Source: an uncultured delta proteobacterium (lineage in GTDB: Bacteria; Myxococcota_A; Polyangia; Haliangiales; Haliangiaceae). From it: DNA of 64,000 nucleotides. The notes below the pieces were generated by a model. It was not told the DNA's origin, ran no database searches, and saw only the letters and a program-made list of their open reading frames with translations. The number at the start of each line of letters is the position of its first letter. Position 1 is the first letter of the stretch. The stretch spans positions 608,001 to 672,000 of the forward strand of contig CAWKDB010000011.1 in assembly GCA_963848295.1 (NCBI GenBank), in the 5' to 3' direction. Both the position numbers and the translations under genes were made by a program. This document shows positions 20,179 to 33,030 of this stretch, piece after piece.

Positions 20179-20961
20179 CTACTTGCCCTCGAACTTCGGC
20201 TCTCGCTTGCCGAGAAACGCCCCGATGCCCTCGGCGAAGTCGCGGGTCGCGAGCAGCTCGAGCTGGCCCTTCGCCTCGCGATCGAGCGCGGCCGCGAGGT
20301 CGCCATCGGCGCTGGCATACACCGCGCGCTTGATCGAGCGATAGACGAGCGGCGGCCCGCCGGCGAGTCGATCGGCGAATTCGCCGACGCGCGCGGCGAG
20401 CTCGGCGGCAGGAACGACGCGGTTCGCGAGGCCGATACGCAGCGCCTCGTCGGCGGTGACGCGATCGCCGGTGTACATGATCTCGAGCGCGCGACCCAAG
20501 CCGACGATCCGCGGCAACATCCACGTGCCACCGCCGTCCGGCATCAGGCCGCGCTTGACGAAGGTCTCGCCGAACATCGCGCGGTCGGACAGCCAGCGCA
20601 GATCGCACGCGAGCGCGAGGTCGCAGCCGAAGCCCGCGGCGGCACCGTCGACCGCGGCGATCGTCGGCCGATCGCACGCGACCAGCGCCTTGATCGTGCC
20701 GTGAAAATGCGTACGCAGGTCCGTTTCGACCTGCGGGCCGGCGCCCATCCCGCGGCGCATGGCGTCCTTGAGATCGAGGCCGCTGCAGAACGCGCCGCCG
20801 GCGCCGGTCACGACGATGACGCGCACCGCCGCCGGCACCTCGCGCACCGCATCGCCGATCGCCCCGACGAGCTCGACGGTCAGCGCATTGCGGGTGTCCG
20901 GGCGATTCAACGTGATCGTGCGAACCCCACCGCGGTCGCCGATCTCCAAGCCGGCGCTCAT
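20179..20961 (-). CDS. Enoyl-CoA hydratase/isomerase
   Basis: ITLNRP..RNAL; AFCSGLDL; IAAVDGAAAGFG; GLMPDGG; FLGKREPKFEGK. Confidence 0.93.
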   Translation of the reverse strand: MSAGLEIGDRGGVRTITLNRPDTRNALTVELVGAIGDAVREVPAAVRVIVVTGAGGAFCSGLDLKDAMRRGMGAGPQVETDLRTHFHGTIKALVACDRPTIAAVDGAAAGFGCDLALACDLRWLSDRAMFGETFVKRGLMPDGGGTWMLPRIVGLGRALEIMYTGDRVTADEALRIGLANRVVPAAELAARVGEFADRLAGGPPLVYRSIKRAVYASADGDLAAALDREAKGQLELLATRDFAEGIGAFLGKREPKFEGK

Positions 20962-22211
20962 TCGTCGCCGTCCTCGTCTTCGAGTTCGGTGGGGGTCGAG
21001 GGCTCGGCGGCGATCGCCCAGCCTTCGTCGCCGGTGACCTCGGCGGCTTGCTTCGGATCGAAATGCGGTCCGAGCTCGGGCTCGCGGTCCGGATCGGCGA
21101 CGACGCGCGCGCCGAGGCGGACCCCGGGCATGATCAGCGCCATCGCCGGTGTGATCATCACGTCGGCGTCGGATTCGTGGCCGAAGAACTCGGTGTGCTC
21201 GTAGTAACGGACCGCGTAGCGCACGAGCACGGCGCACGTCGCCGCGATCGGCACGGCCAATACGACGCCGACGAACCCGAGCAGCTTGCCGCCGGCGACG
21301 ACCGCGAACAGCGCCCCCGACTCCGACAAGCCGACGCGGTGACCGACGATCTTCGGCGTCAGCACCGCGGCCTCGAGCAAGTGCAGGCAGCCGATCACGG
21401 CGGCGACCGACAACAGGAGCTGACCGCTGCCTCCATCGGCGAGCGTCACGATCAGCGCGATCGTCGCGCCCACGAACGTGCCGACGAACGGGATCACGGT
21501 CAGCGCGCCGACCAGCAACCCGATCGGCAGCGATAGCGGCATGCCGACGAGCGTGAAGCCGAACGCGTAGAGCAGCGCGAGGATCGATGTCGAGATCGCC
21601 TGGCCACGCACCCAGTTCGCGACGACGCGATCGATCTCGCGCACGATGTCGCGCACGTCGTGGCGACGGCGCGGCGGGATCACGTGATCGAGCCGGCGCA
21701 ACAAGTTCGGCCAATCGACGAGGAAATAGAACGAGAACACCGGGACGAGCAGCAGCTCGGCGAGCACGCCGAGCAGGCTGAACACGCCGCCGACCGCCGC
21801 GGTCGCGAGCTCGCGCAACGGCCCCGACGCGCCCGCGATCGCGCTCTTGACGTGCTCGCTCTCGGCCCACTTCTTCCAGTCCGACGGCAGCTCGATGCCG
21901 AGGTTCGCCTTCGCCCACGCGTCGAGGTTGTCGACCATGTGGGGGACGTCCTTCGCGAACTGCGTGACCTGATCGGCGACGCGCGGCGCGAGGAACGCGA
22001 TCGCTGTGATGATCAGCGCGAGGAACGTGACGAGCAGGATCGCCGCGCCGATACCGCGCGAGAACCCGCGCCGGTGCATGCGCTCGAGCACCGGGTTGAG
22101 CAGATACGCGATGCCGAGCGCGGCCAGAATCGGCGCGAGGATCGACGCGAGGTAGCTCAGCACGAGCCAGCCGAGCACGACGAACACCGCGATCAGCAGC
22201 CAGCGCAACAT
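20958..22211 (-). CDS. AI-2E family transporter
   Basis: IAYLLNPV; WVRGQ; IPFVG; PKIVG; GVVLAVP; multiple transmembrane segments. Confidence 0.9.
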   Translation of the reverse strand: MLRWLLIAVFVVLGWLVLSYLASILAPILAALGIAYLLNPVLERMHRRGFSRGIGAAILLVTFLALIITAIAFLAPRVADQVTQFAKDVPHMVDNLDAWAKANLGIELPSDWKKWAESEHVKSAIAGASGPLRELATAAVGGVFSLLGVLAELLLVPVFSFYFLVDWPNLLRRLDHVIPPRRRHDVRDIVREIDRVVANWVRGQAISTSILALLYAFGFTLVGMPLSLPIGLLVGALTVIPFVGTFVGATIALIVTLADGGSGQLLLSVAAVIGCLHLLEAAVLTPKIVGHRVGLSESGALFAVVAGGKLLGFVGVVLAVPIAATCAVLVRYAVRYYEHTEFFGHESDADVMITPAMALIMPGVRLGARVVADPDREPELGPHFDPKQAAEVTGDEGWAIAAEPSTPTELEDEDGDE

Positions 22212-22314
22212 CGCGATGACCTGCGACGTCTGATCTGAGGGCGTGCCCGGGCTCGACACCGCCCTGGGCAATACCACGATCAGTGCACCGATCGGGCGAT
22301 CGCGCCTGCGCCGA

Positions 22315-22983
22315 CTAGTCCAGCCAGCGGCGCTCGAGCGGATGCAAGCCGAACCGCGCGCGCACGTCGGCGAGCGGTTGGTCCCAGAGGTCTTCCCAGC
22401 GCACCGCGAGCAGCGGCGCGGCGTCGCGACCCTCGCGATAGGCCTCGCCGAGCGAGTGGCGCAGTGCGCCCCAGCGGCGTTCGCCGAGCACGTGCTTGAG
22501 CGTGCCGAACACCATGATCATCGCCGACACCGGCAGCTGGAGCTGGCCGAACGAGAACCAGTGGATGATCACTTCTTCGTGACCGGTGATGCCGAGCCCG
22601 AGCAACGCGTGCCACACGTCGTGGGTCTGGCGAAACCGGCGCATCAGGTACGCCATGTCCGGATCGTCGACATGGCGAGTCTTCGCGGCCTGGTAATCGG
22701 CGGTGATGCCGTTGCGATCGAGGTGGCGGACGTAGGCGCCGCCGAGCGTCGTCTCGGGCAGCGCGCGCAGCGCGTCGTAGTCGACTTGTTCGGTGGACAG
22801 CTCGGGGCGATCCGCGAGGATTCGCCGGCCCTCGGGGGTCGCGGCGATCTCGCGCAACAGCCGGCGGTAACGCGGCCGCCCGGTGATCTCTTCGACCCGG
22901 TGGATCTCGTGGGTCTTCGTCGAATCGGCCATCACGCGGACGACCGCTTGCGCGACGCGCGCTGTATCGGACACCAGGCCCAT
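22315..22983 (-). CDS. Coq4-family protein
   Basis: LRALPETTLG.AY; RFRQTHDVWHALLG....HEE (HDxxH-x11-E zinc motif). Confidence 0.88.
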   Translation of the reverse strand: MGLVSDTARVAQAVVRVMADSTKTHEIHRVEEITGRPRYRRLLREIAATPEGRRILADRPELSTEQVDYDALRALPETTLGGAYVRHLDRNGITADYQAAKTRHVDDPDMAYLMRRFRQTHDVWHALLGLGITGHEEVIIHWFSFGQLQLPVSAMIMVFGTLKHVLGERRWGALRHSLGEAYREGRDAAPLLAVRWEDLWDQPLADVRARFGLHPLERRWLD

Positions 22984-22999
22984 GGCCGAGAAGTTACTG

Positions 23000-23299
23000 T
23001 TACGGCAGGGTCGGCGCTAGCTCGATCGACAGCCGCTTGTGCTCGGCGCGGTGCAGATCGAGCTCGACGTAGCTCGAGAAGTAGTCGTCGCGCCGCAGCT
23101 CGAGCCGATGGCGACCCGGATCGATCGCCATGCCTCCGCGCAACCCCGCGACCGGCCCGACGAAATGGCCATCGATGTAAACCTGCGCGTCGGGGACGTT
23201 GGACTTGAGGTAGACGATCGAATCGTCGCTCGTGACCCCATTGGGCCCGCGTTTCGGGCCACAGGCGACGAGCGCGAGGATGATCAGCGTCGGCTTCAT
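23000..23299 (-). CDS. PEGA-domain lipoprotein
   Basis: LVAC lipobox; SNVPDAQVYIDG..PGRHRLELRRDDY. Confidence 0.8.
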   Translation of the reverse strand: MKPTLIILALVACGPKRGPNGVTSDDSIVYLKSNVPDAQVYIDGHFVGPVAGLRGGMAIDPGRHRLELRRDDYFSSYVELDLHRAEHKRLSIELAPTLP

Positions 23300-24446
23300 G
23301 GCGGAGTAGACAGCGTCAGCTCGATGACGTTGCCGATGACCCTTGCGGGTGCGGCCGGATCGGCGCCCGGCGACTTCGTGGCGACCGTAGCGATCTGGTC
23401 CATCGCGTCGCCGGTCACGACGCCGATCACCCAGCCGGCAGGCGAGACCCGATGCAAGCTGACCGACTTCACGCCGCGCGTGCCGGCGAGATACTTCTGT
23501 TCGTCGAGCACCGCGCGCCACGGGGTCTTCGAGGGCAGCCGGACGAGCACGACCCCGGGCTCGGCGATCGGCGTGTCGTCGCCGCTGAACGCTCCGGCTT
23601 GGCTGATCGCGGCGGTCGGCGCCGGCAAGGCATCCGCGACCGCGGCTGTGATCGCGCGGTCGACTCCCGCGGCGACCGCTTCTCCGAGCGCGGCGGCGGT
23701 CGCGATGCCCTCGCCGATCGACTTGTGCGCCGCGCGGTCGATGATCCGGATCCGCGCCGTGACGAGCGCGGCCGGCGTCGCGACGCCACGCACCGCGAGC
23801 GTCGGGCCGATCGTCACGCTCGCGATCGCCGCGAAGTCGGCCTTCGCATCGGCGGCCAGCGCTTCGGCCGCGGCGTCGTCGAGCTCGCCTGCGACTGCAG
23901 TCGCGGCTAGCGAGCGGCGGACCGCAAACCCGGCGTCGCGCAGCGCGGCACCGAGCGCCGCGGCGCCCGGCGTATCCTTGTCGGCGCCCGCGCCGTAGGT
24001 GGCTCGCACCCCCGACGGCGAGCTGACCCGCTCGAGCAAGGCGATCGGTCGCGCACCGGCCGGCTCGCCCGGGGTGACGGTCGCGATGGCGAGCTCGCCG
24101 AGCCGCACGCGCAGCTTGTCGCGATCGATGCGCACGCTGACCGAGAGCTCGCGGCGATCGTCGGCGGTGTCGTCTTTGGTCACGGAGAACCGGGCGACCC
24201 ACAGCCGGGCGTGGCCGACGATCTCGCGATCGAGATCGGCCTGATGAGCCGCGCGGACGTCCGGGGCGACCAGCTCGGCGAGCGCGTTGGTCGCGGCGCG
24301 CGCGAACGCGTCGTCGAGCGCCGCGGTACGCGGATCCGGCGCGCTGACGGGGGCCTCACCATCCACTTCATACGCGACCAGATCCTCGGCGCGCGCGACC
24401 CCGCCGACGAGCGCGGCGACGACGAACGCGAGCACGGCGGAGCGGA

Positions 24447-24450
<4 letters not shown>
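23296..24450 (-). CDS. Secreted hypothetical protein
   Basis: Signal peptide; ARAATNAL..EIVGHARLWV..VSVRID (FlgT/DUF2066-like N-terminus, tentative); overlaps both neighbours. Confidence 0.65.
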
Positions 24451-28260
<3,810 letters not shown>

Positions 28261-28319
28261 GGCGCACTCTACGGGAGCACTCTGATCTGAGCAAGCAGGA
28301 GGGATCCAACCGGCCGGAA

Positions 28320-30239
28320 TCACATCTTCGGCGGCGGAGGCTTTGGCTTCTGCCACGCGCGAATGACGTCTCGGCCCGCCTTGATGTACGCGGGATCGAC
28401 GGCGCCACCGGGCGAGCTCGGCGGCGTTGCGGGACACCGACTGGAGATCCAGCAGAACGAGTGCACCGCTTCCTGCGCGGTCTGCTGTTCGTCGGCGCCG
28501 GCCTCGAGCGCGAACCGAGCGAGCACGTCCAGCGCACGCGGATCTCTGATCCGACCCAGGCCGTTCGCGATCGCGAGCCGATCCTGTTTCGCAGCCGACT
28601 TCGCGGCGCGCAGCAGCGGATCGAGCGCGCGCTGATCGGCGACGCCGGCAAGGGCCGACAGCTCGGCGCGGCGCGCTCGGTCATCGGTCTCGTGGGCGAG
28701 CGCCGCGATCAGCGACGGCTCGGCCCCGGCCGCGCCTGCTCGCTCCAGCGCGTCCGCGCCGTGCATGCGCAGCTCGCCGCTCGAGCTACGCAGCCAGCCG
28801 AGCGCGATCGGCACGGTCAGCTTGTCGTAGCCGTTCGCGTCGAGGATCGAGACGGCCCAGTCGGCCGCCGCGCCGGCGCCGCGCACGTGAGCCGCGAGGC
28901 GCTGCGCGAACGGAACGTCCTTCGCCGCGACGCGCACCGCGACCGCCGCGATCACCGCGTCGTCCGGCCGCAACCGATACATCAGCTCGAGCAACGCGAT
29001 GGCGCGCGGTTGATCGCACGCGGCGAGGCGGAGCAGCGCGACGGGCGCCGGGCCCCGTCGGTAGGCCGCGTCGGGCTCCCAGTACGCCGCCGCGCGAACG
29101 CGATCTGCGCACGGCGGGTGGGTCGCGAGCTGGCGCGCCGCGAGCGCGCGCTCGGCCGCAAACCGCTCGGCGTGAACGTGGAGCACGCGCTCTGCGAGCG
29201 CGGCGAGCCGTTGCTTCGCCGGTAGCTTGCGATCGAGGATCTCGGCGATCGAGCCGAACGACGTCTCGCCGGCGTACGACAACCCGGCGATGTCGGCGCC
29301 CGGCCACGCCGACGCGTGCTCGTCCGCGGTCATGCCGCGCAGATCGCGATCGCGCACGACGCCGCTGTCGAGCCAGTCGCGCATCGCCGCCGCGAGCTTC
29401 GCGGGGCTGTTATCCAAGACGGCGAGCAGCGCGGTCGCGGTTTGCAGCTTGGGGGCGGCGAGCGGCGTCGGCACCGGCGGGTAGTTGCGCGCGCCGAGGT
29501 GCGCGTCGCGATGCGCGAGCCACCAGTCGAGCCAGCGCTGGTGCCACGCGGCGAGCTCGGCCGGCCCGGTGCGCGCGGGCCCGGCGATCTCGTTCGACGT
29601 CAACGCGCGCAACCGGGCCTGAGCCGCCGCGCGGAGGTCGGCGCTCCGCGACTCGAGCAGCGCCGCGAGGGTCGGAACATCGCGGTCGACATCGTAGATC
29701 GCCGCGACCGGATCGGGCGTCGGGTGGAGCAACGCCGCGGTGATCACGCGCGCGGTCAGCCCGAGCTCGCCGGGCTTGGTGTGCGCGGCGATCGCGCGCA
29801 GGTCGGTCAGCGTCAGGCCGTGCCGGTGCATGCCGATGACGCCATCGTCGGCGCCGTCGGCCGCGAGATCCGCCGGCAGCGTGTCACCGGCGCCGAGCGG
29901 CCACACGAGCGGTGGTTGCCGAGCCGGCGGCGACTCGACCGAGACCTCGGGCTGACCTCCGAGGTCGCGCGGCCGCACCACGATCACGACCCGGCTTCCC
30001 GGCGCGATCGGCGCGGCCACGAGCGCGGTCTGCTCGAACCACACGCCGACCAGGACTTCGTCGACGAGGATGCGCTGCGTGCCCGCCGGCGCCGGCCACG
30101 CACCCGCCTCGGCCGCGGTCTGCGCGTGGCCGATCAACACGGCCTCCGCCGCGCGCACCTCATCGCTCGCGCCGTTGACGTAATCGGCCGCGGCGATCCG
30201 CGCCCAGCACAGCGCCACGAGCAAACCCACCGAGCGCAC
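28320..30239 (-). CDS. Secreted HEAT-repeat protein
   Basis: Signal-like N-terminus; C-terminal HEAT-like repeats ([28 protein letters not shown]). Confidence 0.65.
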   Translation of the reverse strand: MRSVGLLVALCWARIAAADYVNGASDEVRAAEAVLIGHAQTAAEAGAWPAPAGTQRILVDEVLVGVWFEQTALVAAPIAPGSRVVIVVRPRDLGGQPEVSVESPPARQPPLVWPLGAGDTLPADLAADGADDGVIGMHRHGLTLTDLRAIAAHTKPGELGLTARVITAALLHPTPDPVAAIYDVDRDVPTLAALLESRSADLRAAAQARLRALTSNEIAGPARTGPAELAAWHQRWLDWWLAHRDAHLGARNYPPVPTPLAAPKLQTATALLAVLDNSPAKLAAAMRDWLDSGVVRDRDLRGMTADEHASAWPGADIAGLSYAGETSFGSIAEILDRKLPAKQRLAALAERVLHVHAERFAAERALAARQLATHPPCADRVRAAAYWEPDAAYRRGPAPVALLRLAACDQPRAIALLELMYRLRPDDAVIAAVAVRVAAKDVPFAQRLAAHVRGAGAAADWAVSILDANGYDKLTVPIALGWLRSSSGELRMHGADALERAGAAGAEPSLIAALAHETDDRARRAELSALAGVADQRALDPLLRAAKSAAKQDRLAIANGLGRIRDPRALDVLARFALEAGADEQQTAQEAVHSFCWISSRCPATPPSSPGGAVDPAYIKAGRDVIRAWQKPKPPPPKM

Positions 30240-30353
30240 GAGGATCACAACGCGCAACCTACCGCGGGGGCCTACCGAAAATCGCGCCCGAGCGGGTACG
30301 CACACCGTGCGTGGCCCGTGGCTTGCCTCTCTCGACCATCTAGGAGGACAGCC

Positions 30354-30644
30354 ATGAAGCTCATCACGCTCGTCACGACGCTCGCACTCGCGCTCGGCGG
30401 TTGCGCGGCGAACGAACACTTCATCGTGAGCGCGTCGCCACCGGCGGCCCGAGCCGAGGTCGTCGTCGCACGGCCCGGCTACTTCTGGGTCCACGGCCAC
30501 TGGATGCGCGAAGGCCGTCACTGGGCTTGGCACGCCGGCCACTACCAAGCCGAGCGCCCCGGCTATGTCTATAGCGAGGGCGGGTGGCGGCGAAACGGCG
30601 ATAGCTACGTGTGGGTCCAGGGCGGCTGGCGCTCGCGCGGTTGA
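30354..30644 (+). CDS. YXWGXW-repeat lipoprotein
   Basis: AGGAGG RBS; LGGC lipobox; PGYFWVHGHW, WAWHAGHY, YVWVQGGW. Confidence 0.88.
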   Translation: MKLITLVTTLALALGGCAANEHFIVSASPPAARAEVVVARPGYFWVHGHWMREGRHWAWHAGHYQAERPGYVYSEGGWRRNGDSYVWVQGGWRSRG

Positions 30645-30661
30645 GCTAGAGTCGCTGGGAA

Positions 30662-31117
30662 ATGACGCGCGCCGGGCTCGTAGCGTTCTTGCGAACCGAG
30701 CGGCTCGGTGTGGTGTCGACGCTCGGTGATGACGGCGCGCCGCAGGCGGCGGTGGTGGGGCTCGCGGTCACCGACGAGCTCGAGCTGGTGTTCGATGCGA
30801 TCGTCGGGTCGCGCAAGGTTCGCAACTTGCGCCGCGATCCGCGCATCGCGGTCGCGATCGGCTGGGACCGCGAGCGCACCGCGCAGCTCGAAGGGCGCGC
30901 CGACGAGCCGGTGGGGGCGGCGCGCGACCGCATCCGCGCGGCGTACTTCGCGCAATTCCCCGACGGGCCGGAGCGGCTCGGCTGGGCCGGGATCACGCAC
31001 GTGCGGATCCGCCCGCACTGGGCGCGCTACAGCGACTTCTCCGCACGGCCCCCGTTGATCGAGCTGCTCGATCTAACACCGCCATCCGGTGGTGCGGCCG
31101 AGGAGCCCGCGCGATGA
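30662..31117 (+). CDS. Pyridoxamine 5'-phosphate oxidase-like flavin-binding protein
   Basis: GVVSTLG.DGAPQAAVV; SRKVRNLRRDPRIAV. Confidence 0.88.
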   Translation: MTRAGLVAFLRTERLGVVSTLGDDGAPQAAVVGLAVTDELELVFDAIVGSRKVRNLRRDPRIAVAIGWDRERTAQLEGRADEPVGAARDRIRAAYFAQFPDGPERLGWAGITHVRIRPHWARYSDFSARPPLIELLDLTPPSGGAAEEPAR

Positions 31118-32103
31118 GGTTCGCGATTTTCGGGGCCGGCGCCGTCGGCTGCTGGATCGGCGCGCGGATGGCCGCGGCCGGCGCCGATGTCACGCTGATC
31201 GGACGACCGAAGCTGATGGCGGAGATCAGCAACGGCCTGCGCGCGACCGATCTCGCGGGCGGCGACGTCGAAGCCAAGCCGCGCACCGCGACCGATGCCG
31301 GTGCCGCGCGCGACGCCGACATCATCGTCGTCACGGTCAAGTCGACCGCGACGACCACCGCCGGCCGCGAGCTCGCCGCGGTGGTCAAGCCCGATGCGGT
31401 GATCGTCAGCCTGCAGAACGGCGTGCGCAATGCCGAGCTGCTCGCCGCCGCCCTGCCCGGTCGCCGCGTGCTCGCCGCGATGGTCGAGTTCAACGTGACC
31501 AAGCCCGCGCCCGCGACGTACCACCGGGCCACGATCGGCAAGCTGATCGTGCAGGCCGATGCAGGCGCGCTGCCGCTCGCGGTGGCCTGGCGCGCCGCAG
31601 GGATCACGACGCAGCTCCGCGAGGACATGACCGCGGTGCTGTGGGGCAAGCTCGTGCTGAACCTCAACAACGCGATCAACGCGCTGTCCGGTGTGCCGAT
31701 CGCGGCCGAGATCATGCAGCGCGACTTTCGCCGCTGCTTTGCCGCCGCGCAGCGCGAAGCGCTCGGCGCGCTCGCCTCCGCGAACATCCCCGTCGCGCGG
31801 TTGATCGCGGTGCCGCCGCGCTGGATGCCGGCCGTGCTGTCGCTGCCCGACGCGGTGTTCAGGCTCGTCGCGAAGCGCGCCGTCGCGATCGATCCCACCG
31901 CGCGCTCGTCGATGTGGAACGACTTCGAGGCCGGCCGGCCCACCGAGATCGACTTCTTGCAAGGTGAGGTCATCGCGCTCGCCGACAAGCTCGGGCGCAG
32001 CGCACCGGTGAACCGCGCGCTGGTGCGGCTCGTGCGCGCCGCCGAGGCCGGCGGTCGGCGCGACTGGACCGGCGCGGAGCTGCGTCGAGAGCTCGGCGTC
32101 TGA
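31114..32103 (+). CDS. panE: 2-dehydropantoate 2-reductase
   Basis: GAGAVG; VTVKS; SLQNG; WGKLVLNLNN; RSSMWND..GRPTEIDFLQG. Confidence 0.88.
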   Translation: MRFAIFGAGAVGCWIGARMAAAGADVTLIGRPKLMAEISNGLRATDLAGGDVEAKPRTATDAGAARDADIIVVTVKSTATTTAGRELAAVVKPDAVIVSLQNGVRNAELLAAALPGRRVLAAMVEFNVTKPAPATYHRATIGKLIVQADAGALPLAVAWRAAGITTQLREDMTAVLWGKLVLNLNNAINALSGVPIAAEIMQRDFRRCFAAAQREALGALASANIPVARLIAVPPRWMPAVLSLPDAVFRLVAKRAVAIDPTARSSMWNDFEAGRPTEIDFLQGEVIALADKLGRSAPVNRALVRLVRAAEAGGRRDWTGAELRRELGV

Positions 32104-32128
32104 GCCGACGGTCCACCCCGACCGAAGG

Positions 32129-32437
32129 TCATGCGGACTTGGTGCGGACCTTGCCGAAGTGCGTCGCAGTGAACGTACCGATCAGGAGCGAGCCGACCCC
32201 CAACGCCGCCCATCCGAGGTAGTCCTGCGGGGCGAATCGCATGAACAGTGCGGCACCGCCGGCGAGGTTCGCGAAGCCCCAGTACACGTTGACCAGCGGC
32301 GACGATTCGCCGACGCCGGGCGGTTTCGCGAACGGACTCTGGAACGGTGCGCCCGAGAGGCCCTGGACGAAGTGCGGGATGCCGTTGGTCAACAACAGAC
32401 CGCTCGCGAACAACAGGAGGTATCCGTACCACGTCAT
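32129..32437 (-). CDS. Small membrane protein
   Basis: GAAGGAG RBS; three transmembrane segments; NGIPHFVQG.SG.PFQSPFA. Confidence 0.75.
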   Translation of the reverse strand: MTWYGYLLLFASGLLLTNGIPHFVQGLSGAPFQSPFAKPPGVGESSPLVNVYWGFANLAGGAALFMRFAPQDYLGWAALGVGSLLIGTFTATHFGKVRTKSA

Positions 32438-32463
32438 GTGAGCTCCTTCGTTTCGTCGAACCC

Positions 32464-33030
32464 CTACGCCGCCCACAGCGCGACGGCGAGGCCGGCGAGC
32501 ATCGCCAACACGAGCATCGCGTCGAGAAACCGCCCGTAGCTCTGCAGCCGGGCGCGCAGCGGCGCCTTGCCCTCGTGCTCGGTCAGCGGCAACTCGGCGC
32601 GCCGCAGTTGTTTGACCAGCGAATCGAACCGATCCCAGTCGCGCGCCGCGATGAACCACCACGAGCCGCGCTTGGCCTCGAGTGCAATGCCGTCGCGATA
32701 GACGTGCGCGGTGACGATGCGCGACGCAGGCTGATGGAACCCGAGCACCGCCCAGCCCCAGCGCACGCCGTCGCGCGTGACCGCGACGTGGGCGCGCCGA
32801 ACCGCGAACCCGAGCAGCGCGATCGCGACGAACGCGACCGGCAGCACGATCTGCGTGCTGGCATGGCGATTCCACGGGTGGCGCGACACGAGGTACCAGG
32901 TCAGCGCCCCGAGCAACACGACGAGCACGAGCGCGCTGCTCGCGAGCCTGCGCGATCGCAGCGGCGCGCGAAACGTCCCGAGCGGCGTGCCGACCAGGCC
33001 GATGCCTGGGGGCAGATCGATCACGCTCAT
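32464..33030 (-). CDS. Hypothetical membrane protein (PH-like middle region)
   Basis: Start overlaps the glnD stop; three transmembrane segments. Confidence 0.65.
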   Translation of the reverse strand: MSVIDLPPGIGLVGTPLGTFRAPLRSRRLASSALVLVVLLGALTWYLVSRHPWNRHASTQIVLPVAFVAIALLGFAVRRAHVAVTRDGVRWGWAVLGFHQPASRIVTAHVYRDGIALEAKRGSWWFIAARDWDRFDSLVKQLRRAELPLTEHEGKAPLRARLQSYGRFLDAMLVLAMLAGLAVALWAA

